Assembly: GCA_963764715.1 (NCBI GenBank)
Contig: CAVXTP010000006.1
Location: 352,001 to 416,000 of the forward strand
Length of the DNA stretch: 64,000 nt
Direction: 5' to 3'
DNA from: an uncultured Acidobacteriota bacterium
Lineage (GTDB): Bacteria; Acidobacteriota; Thermoanaerobaculia; UBA5066; Gp7-AA6
Positions 17,047 through 27,908 of the stretch are shown here, one piece after another (position 1 is the stretch's first letter; every line of letters begins with the position of its first letter). The notes below the pieces were generated by a model. The model searched no databases and had not been told where the DNA came from. It saw only the letters and a program-made list of their open reading frames with translations. A program made the translations under genes and the position numbers.

Positions 17047-19203
17047 CTACGGCCCGTACAGCAGGAGCCCGAACGTCTTGACGAGGAACGTCGCCATCTG
17101 GCCGCGCGTGTTGGGGTTGTTCGGGCAGTAGTTGCCGCCGCCACAGCCCCCGGTGATGTTCTCCGCGGCGAGCCGCTCGATCCAGTCGGCGAACTGCGAG
17201 GGACAGGCCACGTCGCCGAAGACGCCGGCGCACGCGGGCGGCGAGTACCCGGCGACGTGCTCGGCCTTGAGCAGGAAGACGGCCATCTGGGCTCGGGTGA
17301 CGGGATTGCCGGGGCAGTAATTGCCTCCGCCGCAGCCGCCCGTGATCCCTTCACCGTAGAGCTCCTCGATCCAGTCGGCGAACTGCGAGGGGCAGGCGAC
17401 GTCGCCGAAGACGCCCGTGCAAGCGGGCGGCACGAAGGTGTCTCCATGCTTGGCCTTGAGAAGAAAGACGGCCATCTGGGCCCTCGTCACCGAGGACGAC
17501 GGACAGTAGTTGCCTCCGCCGCACCCGCCCGTGATCCCGTTGTGGAAGAGGTTTTCGATGAAGGCGTAGAAGAGGTTCGACGTCGGCACGTCCGGGAAGC
17601 TCCCTCCCACGTGGAGCGTCCAGGTCTTCGTGATCGGGAAGTTGAGGGTCTCGAGGAACGTGGCGTCCCAGTGCGGAACGGGCCGGGAGCCCGAGACCGT
17701 CGCCATGAAGCAATCGTGCGTCACCGTCCCGTCGTAACAGTTCGCGGTGGCCCCGGCTGCGATCGTGCCGTACACCGCGGAGGTGTCGTCGAGCGTGTAA
17801 ACCGCGGCGCCCGGTCCGGTGAACGTCGAAGCGGCGCCGCTGAAGGCCAGGGGCAACGTCGAAATGTTCTTCCACGCCGGCTCGAGTTGAATCGTTTCGC
17901 CGGGCTCCAGGACGCCGTTGACGTTGGAGCTCGTTCCGGGTGCGGCATGGACGTCCACCGCCATCGGCTGAGCGAAGTCGAACAGGAGGGACCGGCTCGC
18001 CACGCCGTTCTGCGACCCGTCCCGGCCGTCGCTCTGCCACGTGACCTGGAGATTGCCGGAGATGTTGCCCATGAAAGCGGCGGACGGAGAGGTCTGGATT
18101 CCGGTGGTGAAGGTGTTGACGGGAAACTCGTGCCCCTTCGGCCGGCCGCCGGCGTCGAACAGCCGCCCGGAAATTCCCCCGTCTCCGTCGGTGGCCTGGC
18201 TCGACCACACGACGCAGAAGTTGCCGGCGGGCTCGGCCGAAACGGTCGCCGCCAGCTGGTAGGACGCCGTCTCGGTGTTGACGCGGAACTCCGGCCCGAG
18301 CCGCCCGCCGCTCGCGTCGAAGCGCTGCCCGAAGACGCCCGTGCCCGAGCCGTCCTGGCCCTCGCTCGTCCACACGACGATGAAGTTGCCGGAGCCGTCC
18401 ATCGCCACCGCCGGATAGCTCTGGAAGCCGCTCGTGTACGTGTTGACCTGGAACTCCCCTCCGAGAGCGCTGCCGGCGTTGTCGAAGCGCTGGCCGAAGA
18501 TGCCCTGGCCCGAACCGTCCTCGCCAAAGCTCTGCCAGACGACGACGTAGTTGCCGGCGGGGGCGGCGGCGACGGCCGGAAAGCCCTGGTCGCTCGTCGT
18601 GTAGGTGTTGACCTGAACCCGGCCGCCGACCGGGCTGGCCGCCGAGTCGAAGCGCTGCGCGAACACGCCGTAGCCGCTGCCGTCCCCGTAGCTGCTCGTC
18701 CATGCGACCACGAAGTAGCCCCCGACCGTCATGGCGACGCGGGGCGCGAAGTCCTGGCCGCCCAGGACGAAGTCGACGGTGAAGGGCGGGGCCAGCGGAT
18801 AACCGCCGTTGCTCATGCGCGCGCCCTGGATGCCGCCGCCGAGGCCGAAGGCGTCGCCCCACACCACGACGAAGTCCCCCGAGAACGCATCCATCGAGAT
18901 GTCGGGCTGCGCTTCGTTGCCGGCCGTGTACCCGACGTTGGCCTGAAACTCCGGGGGGATGATGCCGAACCCGGGCTCCCACTGGCCGTAGACGCCGTAC
19001 GAGTATCCGTCCTGGCCGTAGCTCTCCCAGGTCACGACGAAGTCCCCCGCGGCGTTCCCCGCGGCGATGCGCGGGCGCTGCTGGTTGCCGGTGGTGTAGC
19101 TGTTGATGCGGCGCTCGTCGCCGGCGGCGGGAGACTGGGCGCCGGCCGCGGTGGTCAGAAGGACGCCCAGGACGAACGGAACCAACGCCAGCCGCATGCG
19201 CAT
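17047..19203 (-). CDS. Secreted repeat (beta-propeller-like) protein with three Cys-containing SLH repeats
   Basis: Signal peptide; ~60-aa repeats EFQVNTYT..Q..PAVA...GNFVVVW; 3x GITGGCGGGNYCP...TRAQMA. Confidence 0.88.
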   Translation of the reverse strand: MRMRLALVPFVLGVLLTTAAGAQSPAAGDERRINSYTTGNQQRPRIAAGNAAGDFVVTWESYGQDGYSYGVYGQWEPGFGIIPPEFQANVGYTAGNEAQPDISMDAFSGDFVVVWGDAFGLGGGIQGARMSNGGYPLAPPFTVDFVLGGQDFAPRVAMTVGGYFVVAWTSSYGDGSGYGVFAQRFDSAASPVGGRVQVNTYTTSDQGFPAVAAAPAGNYVVVWQSFGEDGSGQGIFGQRFDNAGSALGGEFQVNTYTSGFQSYPAVAMDGSGNFIVVWTSEGQDGSGTGVFGQRFDASGGRLGPEFRVNTETASYQLAATVSAEPAGNFCVVWSSQATDGDGGISGRLFDAGGRPKGHEFPVNTFTTGIQTSPSAAFMGNISGNLQVTWQSDGRDGSQNGVASRSLLFDFAQPMAVDVHAAPGTSSNVNGVLEPGETIQLEPAWKNISTLPLAFSGAASTFTGPGAAVYTLDDTSAVYGTIAAGATANCYDGTVTHDCFMATVSGSRPVPHWDATFLETLNFPITKTWTLHVGGSFPDVPTSNLFYAFIENLFHNGITGGCGGGNYCPSSSVTRAQMAVFLLKAKHGDTFVPPACTGVFGDVACPSQFADWIEELYGEGITGGCGGGNYCPGNPVTRAQMAVFLLKAEHVAGYSPPACAGVFGDVACPSQFADWIERLAAENITGGCGGGNYCPNNPNTRGQMATFLVKTFGLLLYGP

Positions 19204-19352
19204 ATGGCCCTCGATGAAGGATCAGTGTACTCCGCTCTACGGCTCTCCGCGGCTGCGAGCCCGTGGACTCGAGGACCCGGAGCGCGTGGCCGCGCGCCCG
19301 CGTCGTCACGCCGCGCCGGGCGAGCAGGCCGGGGGCCTCGTCGTACCGGATC

Positions 19353-19369
19353 GTGGCGGGGCCGACGGG
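19353..19369 (-). repeat. Exact 17-bp copy of the tRNA-Asp 3' end (att-like site)
   Basis: GTGGCGGGGCCGACGGG identical to 26503-26519, same orientation, intergenic. Confidence 0.75.
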
Positions 19370-19390
19370 GCGACGGCCTTCCGTCCGGTG

Positions 19391-21811
19391 CTAGTCCTCG
19401 ACGATCGCCGCCGCGTCCTGCGCGTCCTCCACGGCCTTCCTGTCCTCCGCGCTCATGCCTGACGGTTTCACGTCGATCGTGACCTTCACGATCTTGCCGG
19501 TGAACTTGTTGTCGAGCGGCTTGTAGTCGTTGGACACCGCGGTCTCGCCGTCCAGGCCCACGTCCGCGCCTTCGTCGGCGGAAAACGCGTAGGGCTGCGT
19601 CTTCGGGATGTGCGCCTGCCCGACCTTCTGCCCGTCAACGAAGAGGGTTCCGTTCCCCCCGGCGCCCGGCTTCGGAGAGTCAGGCACGAACTCGTAGCGG
19701 ATTTCGTGCTTCCCGGCGGAGACCGCGGCGGACCCGGGGATCTTCGTCCACTCCACGCCGAAGAAGTTGTATTCGAAGACGGGCCGGCCTTCCTTCATGT
19801 AGAGCGTCCATCCGCCGAACCTGCCGGCCTGCGCGAGGATGACTCCCTCGGTCTTCGCGTCGCGCAGCTCCACCGGCGCGGTGATCGTGAAGGGCACGTT
19901 CTTGACGTTGATGAACGCGTTCTCGGTCATGCCGAGCATGCCCGGATAGACCGTCAACGACGTCCGTCCGTTCATCAGGTCCGGCCTCCCGGCGACCTTG
20001 GGATCGAAGCGCTCCGAACGGCGGTCATCGATCGGCAGCACGTGGTTGGCGATCGCCTCCTTCATGAAGAGGTCCTGGAGCTCCTTCAGCTTCGCGGGAT
20101 TCTGCGCGGCCAGGTCGCGGGCCTGGCTGAAGTCTTCGGCCGTGTGGTACAGCTCCCAGACGTCGGCGGACAGCGCCGGAAGCGGCACCATCAGCCAGGG
20201 GATCGAGTGGCGGGCCGCCGCGACCCATCCGTCGTGGTAGATCCCGCGGTTGCCGAACATCTCGAAGTACTGGGTCGTGTGCGTCTCACCGGCCTTCGGG
20301 TCGTCGAAGGAGTAGGCCATCGACGTCCCGTCGAACGGCCGCTGAGCCGCTCCGTTGACGCTCGTCGGAAACGGTAGGTTCGCCGCCTCGAGGACCGTCG
20401 GCGCGATGTCGGTCACGTACGTGAACTGCGACCGGACGGACCCCTTGTCCCGGATCCGGGCCGGCCAGTGGAGCACGATTCCGTTCGTCGTCCCGCCGTA
20501 GTGCGACGCGATCTGCTTGGTCCACTGGAACGGCGTATCGCCGGCCCAGGCCCAGCCGATGGCGTAGTGCGGGAACGTGCTCGGGCCGCCCCAGTCCTCG
20601 TAGTGGGGCATGTTGATGGCGGCGGTGCTGATGATCCCGTTCAACGCCATCATCTCGTTGTAGGCGCCCTCGGGTCCGCCTTCCGCACTCGCGCCGTTGT
20701 CGCCGACGATGTAGATGAAGAGCGTGTTGTCCATCACGCCCATCCCCTGCAGGGCGTCCACGAGGCGCCCCACCTGCTCGTCCGTGTGCTCCCCGAAGGC
20801 GGCAAACGTTTCCATCTGCCGCGCCTCGAGCTTTCGCTGGTCGGGCGTCTGCGAGGACCACGACGGGATCTCCTTCGGCCGCCGGGTCAGCCCGGCGTTC
20901 GCGGGAACGATGCCCATCTTCTTCTGCCGCGCGAACGTCTCTTCGCGCAGCGCGTCCCAGCCCTGGTCGAACCTGCCCTTGTACCGATCGACGTACGCCT
21001 TCGGCACGTGATGGGGCGCGTGCAGCGCGCCGGTCGCGAAGTAGACGAAGAACGGCTTGTCCGGGGTCAGCGAGTGCTGCGCCTGCATCCAGGCGATCGC
21101 CTGGTCCGTCATGTCCACGGTGAAGTGGTAGTCCGGATCGTGGGGCGGCTCCACGCGGATGGTCCCGTCGTAGATCGCCGGCGCCCACTGGTTCGTCTCG
21201 CCGCCGATGAAGCCGTAGAACTTGTCGAAGCCGGAGTGAGTCGGCCAGCGGTCGTAGGGACCCGAGACCGAGACTTCCCAGGGCGGCGTCTCGTGGTACT
21301 TGCCGAAGGCTCCCGTGCTGTAGCCGTTCAACCGCAGCATTTCCGCCAGCGGCGCGACGCTCTGCGGCCGGATGCCCGTATTGCCGGGAAACGCCGTGGC
21401 GAGCTCCATGATCGCGCCGGCGTTGTTGACGTGATGGTTGCGGCCCGTCAGCAGCGCCGTGCGCGTCGGGGAACAGAGCGCGGTCGTGTGGAAGTTGTTG
21501 AAACGCAGCCCGCCGCCCGCCAGCTTGTCCAGCGTCGGCATCTGGATCGGCCCGCCGAACGCGCTCGACTGGCCGAAGCCGATGTCGTCGAGCAGGACGA
21601 CGACGACGTTCGGGGCGCCCTGGGGCGCCTTCACGTCGAAGCGCGCCGGCGGCTTGACGTCGCGGGCACTCAGCTCGGTGATGACGGGAGGCTGCGGCTC
21701 GGGAATCGGGAGAACGGTGCGGTCGACCTGCTGCGCGAGGACATTCTGGCCGCCGCAGAGGGCGCAGAAGGCCGCGGCGAGAGCAAGCCTTCGCGAGAAC
21801 GGGATCTTCAA
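19391..21811 (-). CDS. Arylsulfatase (exported)
   Basis: PNVVVVLLDD, CSPTRTALLTGR (FGly motif), FGKYH, GDNG; TTG start after GGAGG. Confidence 0.92.
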   Translation of the reverse strand: MKIPFSRRLALAAAFCALCGGQNVLAQQVDRTVLPIPEPQPPVITELSARDVKPPARFDVKAPQGAPNVVVVLLDDIGFGQSSAFGGPIQMPTLDKLAGGGLRFNNFHTTALCSPTRTALLTGRNHHVNNAGAIMELATAFPGNTGIRPQSVAPLAEMLRLNGYSTGAFGKYHETPPWEVSVSGPYDRWPTHSGFDKFYGFIGGETNQWAPAIYDGTIRVEPPHDPDYHFTVDMTDQAIAWMQAQHSLTPDKPFFVYFATGALHAPHHVPKAYVDRYKGRFDQGWDALREETFARQKKMGIVPANAGLTRRPKEIPSWSSQTPDQRKLEARQMETFAAFGEHTDEQVGRLVDALQGMGVMDNTLFIYIVGDNGASAEGGPEGAYNEMMALNGIISTAAINMPHYEDWGGPSTFPHYAIGWAWAGDTPFQWTKQIASHYGGTTNGIVLHWPARIRDKGSVRSQFTYVTDIAPTVLEAANLPFPTSVNGAAQRPFDGTSMAYSFDDPKAGETHTTQYFEMFGNRGIYHDGWVAAARHSIPWLMVPLPALSADVWELYHTAEDFSQARDLAAQNPAKLKELQDLFMKEAIANHVLPIDDRRSERFDPKVAGRPDLMNGRTSLTVYPGMLGMTENAFINVKNVPFTITAPVELRDAKTEGVILAQAGRFGGWTLYMKEGRPVFEYNFFGVEWTKIPGSAAVSAGKHEIRYEFVPDSPKPGAGGNGTLFVDGQKVGQAHIPKTQPYAFSADEGADVGLDGETAVSNDYKPLDNKFTGKIVKVTIDVKPSGMSAEDRKAVEDAQDAAAIVED

Positions 21812-21925
21812 CGTGCCTCCTTTGGGTCGGCTCGATGCCCCGGGAGCAGTCGACGGCCCGGCCGATCCTACACGCGAACGCCCGGAAGGCCGGGCGAGGC
21901 GCCGGCGGGACGTAGAATCGGAAAC

Positions 21926-23263
21926 ATGCGATCGGCCTCCGCGGGCGTTCCCGGAAGGCTGCTTGCGTTCATGGCCGCCGGCGCGATCCTGTCGGGTCTC
22001 GCCGGCTGCTCCTACCTCCAGTGGAAGCAGTCGAAGCACGAGGAGCGGGAGCGGCTCAAGAAGAACCCCGCGGACCTCGCCCTGGCGCGCGACTACGCGC
22101 CGCAGGATTGCTACGGATTGGTCGGGCGAATCCAGCTCCCCGCGCACGCGCATTCGCTTCTCGCGGCGGCGTTCAGCCACGGGAAAGCGCCGCAGCTTGT
22201 GGGCTGGGCCACCGTCGACCGGAAGAGAGGTTACTTCGCGATTCTCCTGCCCTCGGGCAGCTACGACCTCCTCTTCTTCACGGACGTGAACGGCGACGGT
22301 CTCTACGTGACCGACGAGGTCGTCGGGCGAACGCCGCCGGATGCTCCGGTCGCCGTGGACGCGAAGGACGCCGCGGACGGCATCGCCGTCCCCGCGCCGG
22401 AGGTCGCGGTCGACCTCGAGAATCCTCGCGCCGCCCCGATCACGGTGCACGTGGTCGTCAATCCGCAACCTTCGGTCGTCGAGTCGGTGGACGACCCGAT
22501 CTTTTCACCCGAGCTCGGCGAGCTCGGTGTCTACCAGCCGAGCCGGTTCCTCGCGCGGACGCAGCGCTGGTTCTTCTCGGTCGGCGAGCCCGACGTCTCG
22601 AAGACGCAACTGGTCCTCGTGCACGGCATCGACGGCACGCCCCGGGACTTCCGAAGTCTGATCGCCGGCATCGACCGGAGCCGTTACAGCGTGTGGCTCT
22701 TCTACTACCCGTCGGGGCTGTCCCTCGACCAATTGGGCAACGCCCTCGCCCAGACGGTCCGGCGGCTCGTGGCCGGGTTCGGCGGGAAGGACGTGCGCCT
22801 GGCGATCGTCGCGCACAGCATGGGCGGTCTCGTGGGCCGCCTCGCGGTCAACCAGCTGTGCCGCGACGGTCGTCCTCCCTATCTCCGGATGTACGCGTCG
22901 TTCGACACTCCTTATGGCGGAGTCGAGGCGGTGGCGGGCGCGGTCAAGCGGAGAACCGAACTGGTCCCCTCCTGGATCGACGTCGCCACCGGCAGCCCCT
23001 TCCTGACCCGGCTTCACGCGACGCCCCTGCCCCGGGACCTCCCGTTCCACCTCTTCTTCGGCTGGGGCGACCACCACGGCCACGGCCCGAGCCCCGCGGG
23101 CGACGGAACGATCACCCTGGAGAGCCAGCTCGATCCGCGCGCCCAGGAAGTCGCGACGGCGATCAGCGGGTTCGGAGACACCCACGTCGGCATCCTGTCG
23201 GACCCGAAGGCGCTCAAGGCCCTGGCGCGAGTTCTCGACTCGGCGACGGCCGGCGAGCCCTAG
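21926..23263 (+). CDS. Alpha/beta hydrolase lipoprotein
   Basis: LAGC lipobox, LVHG, AHSMGG nucleophile elbow, GDG, terminal His. Confidence 0.82.
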   Translation: MRSASAGVPGRLLAFMAAGAILSGLAGCSYLQWKQSKHEERERLKKNPADLALARDYAPQDCYGLVGRIQLPAHAHSLLAAAFSHGKAPQLVGWATVDRKRGYFAILLPSGSYDLLFFTDVNGDGLYVTDEVVGRTPPDAPVAVDAKDAADGIAVPAPEVAVDLENPRAAPITVHVVVNPQPSVVESVDDPIFSPELGELGVYQPSRFLARTQRWFFSVGEPDVSKTQLVLVHGIDGTPRDFRSLIAGIDRSRYSVWLFYYPSGLSLDQLGNALAQTVRRLVAGFGGKDVRLAIVAHSMGGLVGRLAVNQLCRDGRPPYLRMYASFDTPYGGVEAVAGAVKRRTELVPSWIDVATGSPFLTRLHATPLPRDLPFHLFFGWGDHHGHGPSPAGDGTITLESQLDPRAQEVATAISGFGDTHVGILSDPKALKALARVLDSATAGEP

Positions 23264-23296
23264 GTCGGCCCCTGGCCCTCGGAAGTCACCCGGCCG

Positions 23297-26287
23297 CTAC
23301 GGCAGCCCGAACGTATTCACCAGGAACGCCGCCATCTGCGCCCGCGTGTTCGCGAGCGCGGGACAGTAGAGCGGCGGCGACGCCCGGCAGCCGCCGGTGA
23401 TCCCGCGCGTGGCGAGGTCCTCGATCCACGCCGCCGCGAACGCGCCCACGGGGACGTCGCCGAACACCGTGCCCGTCGGATCCGGCGGCGCGTAGGCCTG
23501 CCCGAGCAGCGTCTTCAGCAGGAACACCGCCATCTGCGCGCGCGTGACCGGCGCATCGGGGCAGTAGTCGCCGCCTCCGCACCCGGCCGTGATGCCGCGC
23601 GCGGCCAGGTCCTCGATCCACGCCGCGGCGAGGCCGTCCACGGGAACGTCGCCGAAGACGGCGCCGGTCGCGGGCGGGGGTGAGTAGCCGCCGCCCTGCA
23701 GCGCCTTAAGAAGGAAGATGGCCATCTGCCATCGGGTGATCTGGTCCGCTGCGCAGTAGTTCCCGCTGCCGCATCCCGACGTGATTCCGTCGCGCAGGAT
23801 CTTCTCGACGGCCGCGTGGAAGATGTTCCCCTGCGGCACGTCCAGGAAGTCGGCGAGGTACGCCCTTCCGAGCGACCCCTCGGAGCCATCGGGATTGACG
23901 ACCGCAACGTGGACGAGCGTGCCGGCCACCATCTCCGGGTTGAGTCCGGAGAGCTCGGTCGGTGCGATCGTCGGAGACGCCATCGCCTGATTGCCCATCC
24001 ACACCGAGGCGCCGGCCTGGAAGCCGAGGCCCGTCACCGTGACGACGGTGCTCCCCGCCGCCGCCGGGCCCGACGTCGGCCAGACGGAGAGGACGGGGAC
24101 CACGACCGCAGGGTCGATGCGGAAGACGCTGCCTCCGCCGTACTGTCCGCCCGACTGCGTCGTGCCGTACAGGAGCCCGTCGGATGCTTCGAGCAGGGCG
24201 CCGAGAGGCCCGACTCCGTCGCCGCCCCCCTGCGAGAACGAGTGAACGACGGTCTCCGTGCCCTGCAGGTCCAGGCGGAAGACGGTTCCGTCGCCTGAGG
24301 GACCGCTGTGTCCGCCGCCGCCCGTCGTCCCGTACAGGAATCCGTCCGAGCCCTGGATCAGCCCGTTGCCGCCGTAGGTGGCGTCGCCGCTTCCCTGAGC
24401 GCCGAAGGAGTAGATGATCCGGAATTGCCCGGCCGGAGTCACGCGGAAGACGAAGCCGTCGCCGAACTGGCCGCCCGTGGTCGCGGTGCCGTAGAAGTTC
24501 CCGTCGTCGGCCTCGACCAGACCTCCGTAGAGATTCGCTCCGTCGGTCGAGAGCGAGAAATCGTGCAGCGTGGTGAAGGTGCCGTCCAGCGCGAGCCGGA
24601 AGACGTTTCCGTCGTTGAAGGCGCCGCCGCGGTTGGTCGTTCCGTACAGAGCGGAGTCCGAGCCCTGCATCACCCGGATGGCCGAAGGATAGGGATCGGA
24701 GAAATCGTGGATCGACGAGACGTTGCCGGACGTGTCGATGCGCAGGACGTGAAAGAAGATGCCCCCGTAGTAGTTGCCGTCGTCGGCGAGGGTCAGGTAG
24801 AGGGGGCTGGGTATCTCGCCGGCCGTGAAGTCGTGGAGGGTCGTCACGGCTCCCGCCGGATCCATCCGGAAGAAAGTCCCCCACTGGTGCGCCGCCTCGG
24901 AGGTCGTGACGGCGTAGAAGTTCCCGTCGGGATGGAGAATCGGCGGTCCGATGGGGTTCGATCCCTCCGCGGCCGTGAAAGCGTGCACCGTCGTGAAGCC
25001 CGCCCCCGAGGGGGCGAGTGAAAAGGCCGTGCCGTTGCCGAGTGGACCGCCGGCCTGCGTCAGACCCCAGAGCGTGTCGTCGCCGTCCTGGAAAAGCGAG
25101 CCGCGCGGCATCGCGCCATCGGCCATCCCGAATTCGTAGACCAGCTCGAACGCGCCGCTTGCGCTGACGCGATACACCGTGCCGAAACCCCCGCCGCCTC
25201 CGAACGTGGACGCCCCGTAGAAGACGCCGGGATCGACCTCGAGCAGCGCCCCTTCCGGCCCCGAGACGCCGGTGAGAGAAAAGTCGAAGAGCTTCTCGAA
25301 CGTCCCGGCCGTCGAAGTGCGAAAGAACGTGCCGTATCCTCCGAGCCCTGCGGCGCGCGCCGCGCCATAGAGCTTCCCGTCCGAAGCGGAGACGAGCGGG
25401 CCCGCGGGGAAGTTCCCCTCGTACCAGTCGAAGGAGTGAAGGCGGGTCAGGTTGCCCGCCGTGTCCACGCGAAACACGGTGCCGGAGCTGTTCTGGCCGC
25501 CGAACTGCGTCGTGCCGTAGAGCGCGCCGTCCGACCCGAAGACGAGAGTCGCGTCCGGCAGCTGCCCTTCGCTGATCGTGAAGTCGTGGAGCGGCGTGAA
25601 CACCCCGGCGAAAGTCAGCGAGTAGAAGAGGCCGTCGCCGTTGGCGCCCAGGTACGTCGTGCCGTACATGACGCTGCCGCTGATCACGACCCCCGCGCGG
25701 CCCGGCGTGCCCTCCGATTGCGCGAAGCTGTGCAGGACCGAAAAGTTCGCTCCCGAAAGATCGATGTGGAAGGCCGCGCCGTTGCCGAACTCCGCGTCGG
25801 TGGACGTCGTGCCGTAAAGGGAGCTGGAGCTCTCGGCCAGCGCGGCCATGGGCTTTCCGCCGCCCGTTGCGTCGAAGACGTGAAGGGTCGTCAGCGTCCC
25901 CGCGGCATCGATGCGGAACACGGTGCCGAAGCCCGCGACGGCGTCGGTCTTGGTCGTCCCGTAGAACATCCCATCGCTTCCGCGCAGGAGCGCCGCGATG
26001 GGCTGACTGCCGTCGTCGCCCTGGAACGAATGCAACGCCGCGAACGTGTACCCGCCGAGGCCGTCGGGCGTGAGCGTGTAGACCGAGCCGCGGCCGTAGG
26101 ATCCGCCAAACTGCGTCGTGCCGTAGAGGACGCCGCCGTCCCCGAGCACGAGCCCGGCCTTCGGTTGACCGGCGTCGTTCGCGAAGGAGTGGATGAGCGA
26201 GGAGGTTTGGGCGTTGGCGGGCCTCGGCGCGGAGAAGCTCCAGCAGAGAAGCGCGGACAACGCGAAGGCACGCCGTGGGGTTCGCAT
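23297..26287 (-). CDS. Secreted tandem-repeat (GloVer-type) protein with IPT/TIG-like and SLH domains
   Basis: Many LHxF...G..P...L...DG.LYGTT..GG....GTVFR repeats, PTSGPAAG..VTVTG, three Cys-SLH repeats. Confidence 0.88.
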   Translation of the reverse strand: MRTPRRAFALSALLCWSFSAPRPANAQTSSLIHSFANDAGQPKAGLVLGDGGVLYGTTQFGGSYGRGSVYTLTPDGLGGYTFAALHSFQGDDGSQPIAALLRGSDGMFYGTTKTDAVAGFGTVFRIDAAGTLTTLHVFDATGGGKPMAALAESSSSLYGTTSTDAEFGNGAAFHIDLSGANFSVLHSFAQSEGTPGRAGVVISGSVMYGTTYLGANGDGLFYSLTFAGVFTPLHDFTISEGQLPDATLVFGSDGALYGTTQFGGQNSSGTVFRVDTAGNLTRLHSFDWYEGNFPAGPLVSASDGKLYGAARAAGLGGYGTFFRTSTAGTFEKLFDFSLTGVSGPEGALLEVDPGVFYGASTFGGGGGFGTVYRVSASGAFELVYEFGMADGAMPRGSLFQDGDDTLWGLTQAGGPLGNGTAFSLAPSGAGFTTVHAFTAAEGSNPIGPPILHPDGNFYAVTTSEAAHQWGTFFRMDPAGAVTTLHDFTAGEIPSPLYLTLADDGNYYGGIFFHVLRIDTSGNVSSIHDFSDPYPSAIRVMQGSDSALYGTTNRGGAFNDGNVFRLALDGTFTTLHDFSLSTDGANLYGGLVEADDGNFYGTATTGGQFGDGFVFRVTPAGQFRIIYSFGAQGSGDATYGGNGLIQGSDGFLYGTTGGGGHSGPSGDGTVFRLDLQGTETVVHSFSQGGGDGVGPLGALLEASDGLLYGTTQSGGQYGGGSVFRIDPAVVVPVLSVWPTSGPAAAGSTVVTVTGLGFQAGASVWMGNQAMASPTIAPTELSGLNPEMVAGTLVHVAVVNPDGSEGSLGRAYLADFLDVPQGNIFHAAVEKILRDGITSGCGSGNYCAADQITRWQMAIFLLKALQGGGYSPPPATGAVFGDVPVDGLAAAWIEDLAARGITAGCGGGDYCPDAPVTRAQMAVFLLKTLLGQAYAPPDPTGTVFGDVPVGAFAAAWIEDLATRGITGGCRASPPLYCPALANTRAQMAAFLVNTFGLP

Positions 26288-26503
26288 GGAACCTCCCGTG
26301 GTTCGTCCGATCCTAGTACCGTCCGGGGCGAGCGGGGTGCGCCTGATCCTCGGTGCTGTCGATGTTTCTGTCCATGTCCTGTCCGTGAACCACGTCTTGC
26401 AAGGCCAACCCTCGCGCGGTTGCGGGAGCGCGGAGGACGTTGCCTAGACTACGAGGGGAAAAGGCCGGGAGCGGCCCCGCCCCGACGCGTGGACTCACCG
26501 TAG

Positions 26504-26580
<77 letters not shown>

Positions 26581-26596
26581 GCGAAAGGAACGGCGC

Positions 26597-26624
26597 ATGA
26601 TACCGGAATGGAGTGCCCAGTCAA
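26597..26624 (-). promoter_or_regulatory. Sigma70-type promoter of tRNA-Asp
   Basis: TTGACT-N16-TATCAT upstream of the tRNA. Confidence 0.65.
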
Positions 26625-26692
26625 CCGGTTAGACTAGAGCTGGAGCCGGGGCCGGCCCCCCCGAAGGGGCCACAGACTGGATCAAATCCCTT

Positions 26693-27820
26693 ATGCGATT
26701 CGGAAAGCTCACCGTCATCGTGCTGGCGGCGCTGGTTGCGCAGTTGCTGGCGGTGCACACGCGCGCGCAGTCGGTCGCGCTGGTCTCCAATCATTCGGTG
26801 TCGGCGGCCGAGACCCGGGCTTTCGACGGCAAGCGCTTCTACCAGCCCGAGCCGCGCTCGGTCCGGTTCGGCGAATGGGCGAAGAAGACTTTCGTCACGC
26901 GCCGGGGCCCCTGGCGCAAGTTCACGAACACTCCCCCGGGCCCGGCGCCGGCCGCGAACGTCTGCGACGGCGATCTGCGGGTGACCTTCGTCAATCACGC
27001 GACGCTCCTCGTCCAGATGGACGGCGTGAACATCCTGACCGATCCGACCTGGGCCAAGCGGTCCGTGGCGACCGTCGGCGTGCGCCGGCGCCGCCCGCCC
27101 GGGATCCGGTTCGAGGACCTGCCGAGGATCGACGCGGTCCTCGTCTCCCACAACCACCAGGACCACATGGACCTGCCGACGCTCCGGCGCCTCGCCGCGA
27201 CGTCCCGTCCCGTCGTCTACTCCGGCCTCGGCAACGGCGTCTTCCTCGCGAAGAACGGCGTCCCGGGCGGGCGCGATCTCGACTGGTGGCAGTCGGCCGA
27301 GCTCGGCCACGGCGTGACGGTCACGGCGGTCCCGGCGCGGCACAGCTCGGGCCGCGGCCTCTTCGACCACGACCGCACGCTCTGGTGCGGCTTCGTCCTC
27401 AGCGGGCCGTCGGGCTCGGTCTACTTCGCGGGCGACACCGGTTGGGGTTCGCACTTTGCCGCGATCGGAAAGCGCTTCCCCGACCTGCGCCTCGCGATCC
27501 TGCCGATCGGCGGATTCAAGCCGGTCTCGTACATGCGCGAGCAGCACATCGGCCCCGAGGACGCGCTCCAGGCGATGCGCGACCTCGGCGCGGCGACCAT
27601 GATCCCGATGCACTTCGGGACCTTCCCCAATTCGGACGAGGGGGAGACCGAGCCCGTGGAGATCCTCGTCGACGCTCTCGCCGTCTCGCCCGACCTTCGC
27701 GACCGCGTCGCGATCCTCGACAACGGCCAGTCCGTCGACGTCCCGCCCGTCCGCCGCCACGAGGTCCCGCTGCAGGCTTCCGGCCGACCCGCGGAACCCC
27801 CTCTCCACGCCGCCCGCTAA
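26693..27820 (+). CDS. MBL-fold metallo-hydrolase (NAPE-PLD-like)
   Basis: SHNHQDHMD, PARH, YFAGDTG, LPIG, PMHFGTF. Confidence 0.9.
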   Translation: MRFGKLTVIVLAALVAQLLAVHTRAQSVALVSNHSVSAAETRAFDGKRFYQPEPRSVRFGEWAKKTFVTRRGPWRKFTNTPPGPAPAANVCDGDLRVTFVNHATLLVQMDGVNILTDPTWAKRSVATVGVRRRRPPGIRFEDLPRIDAVLVSHNHQDHMDLPTLRRLAATSRPVVYSGLGNGVFLAKNGVPGGRDLDWWQSAELGHGVTVTAVPARHSSGRGLFDHDRTLWCGFVLSGPSGSVYFAGDTGWGSHFAAIGKRFPDLRLAILPIGGFKPVSYMREQHIGPEDALQAMRDLGAATMIPMHFGTFPNSDEGETEPVEILVDALAVSPDLRDRVAILDNGQSVDVPPVRRHEVPLQASGRPAEPPLHAAR

Positions 27821-27860
27821 GGAATCAGGTCTCGATTTCCCGGTTCGGCTCCTCGGAGTG

Positions 27861-27887
27861 GAGGGCGGCCACGAGGGCCGCCCCTAC
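27861..27887 (-). repeat. GTAG-type REP-like palindrome
   Basis: Minus strand GTAGGGGCGGCCCTCGTGGCCGCCCTC between convergent genes. Confidence 0.6.
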
Positions 27888-27908
27888 GACCGGGGGCGGC
27901 TCCCCTCG

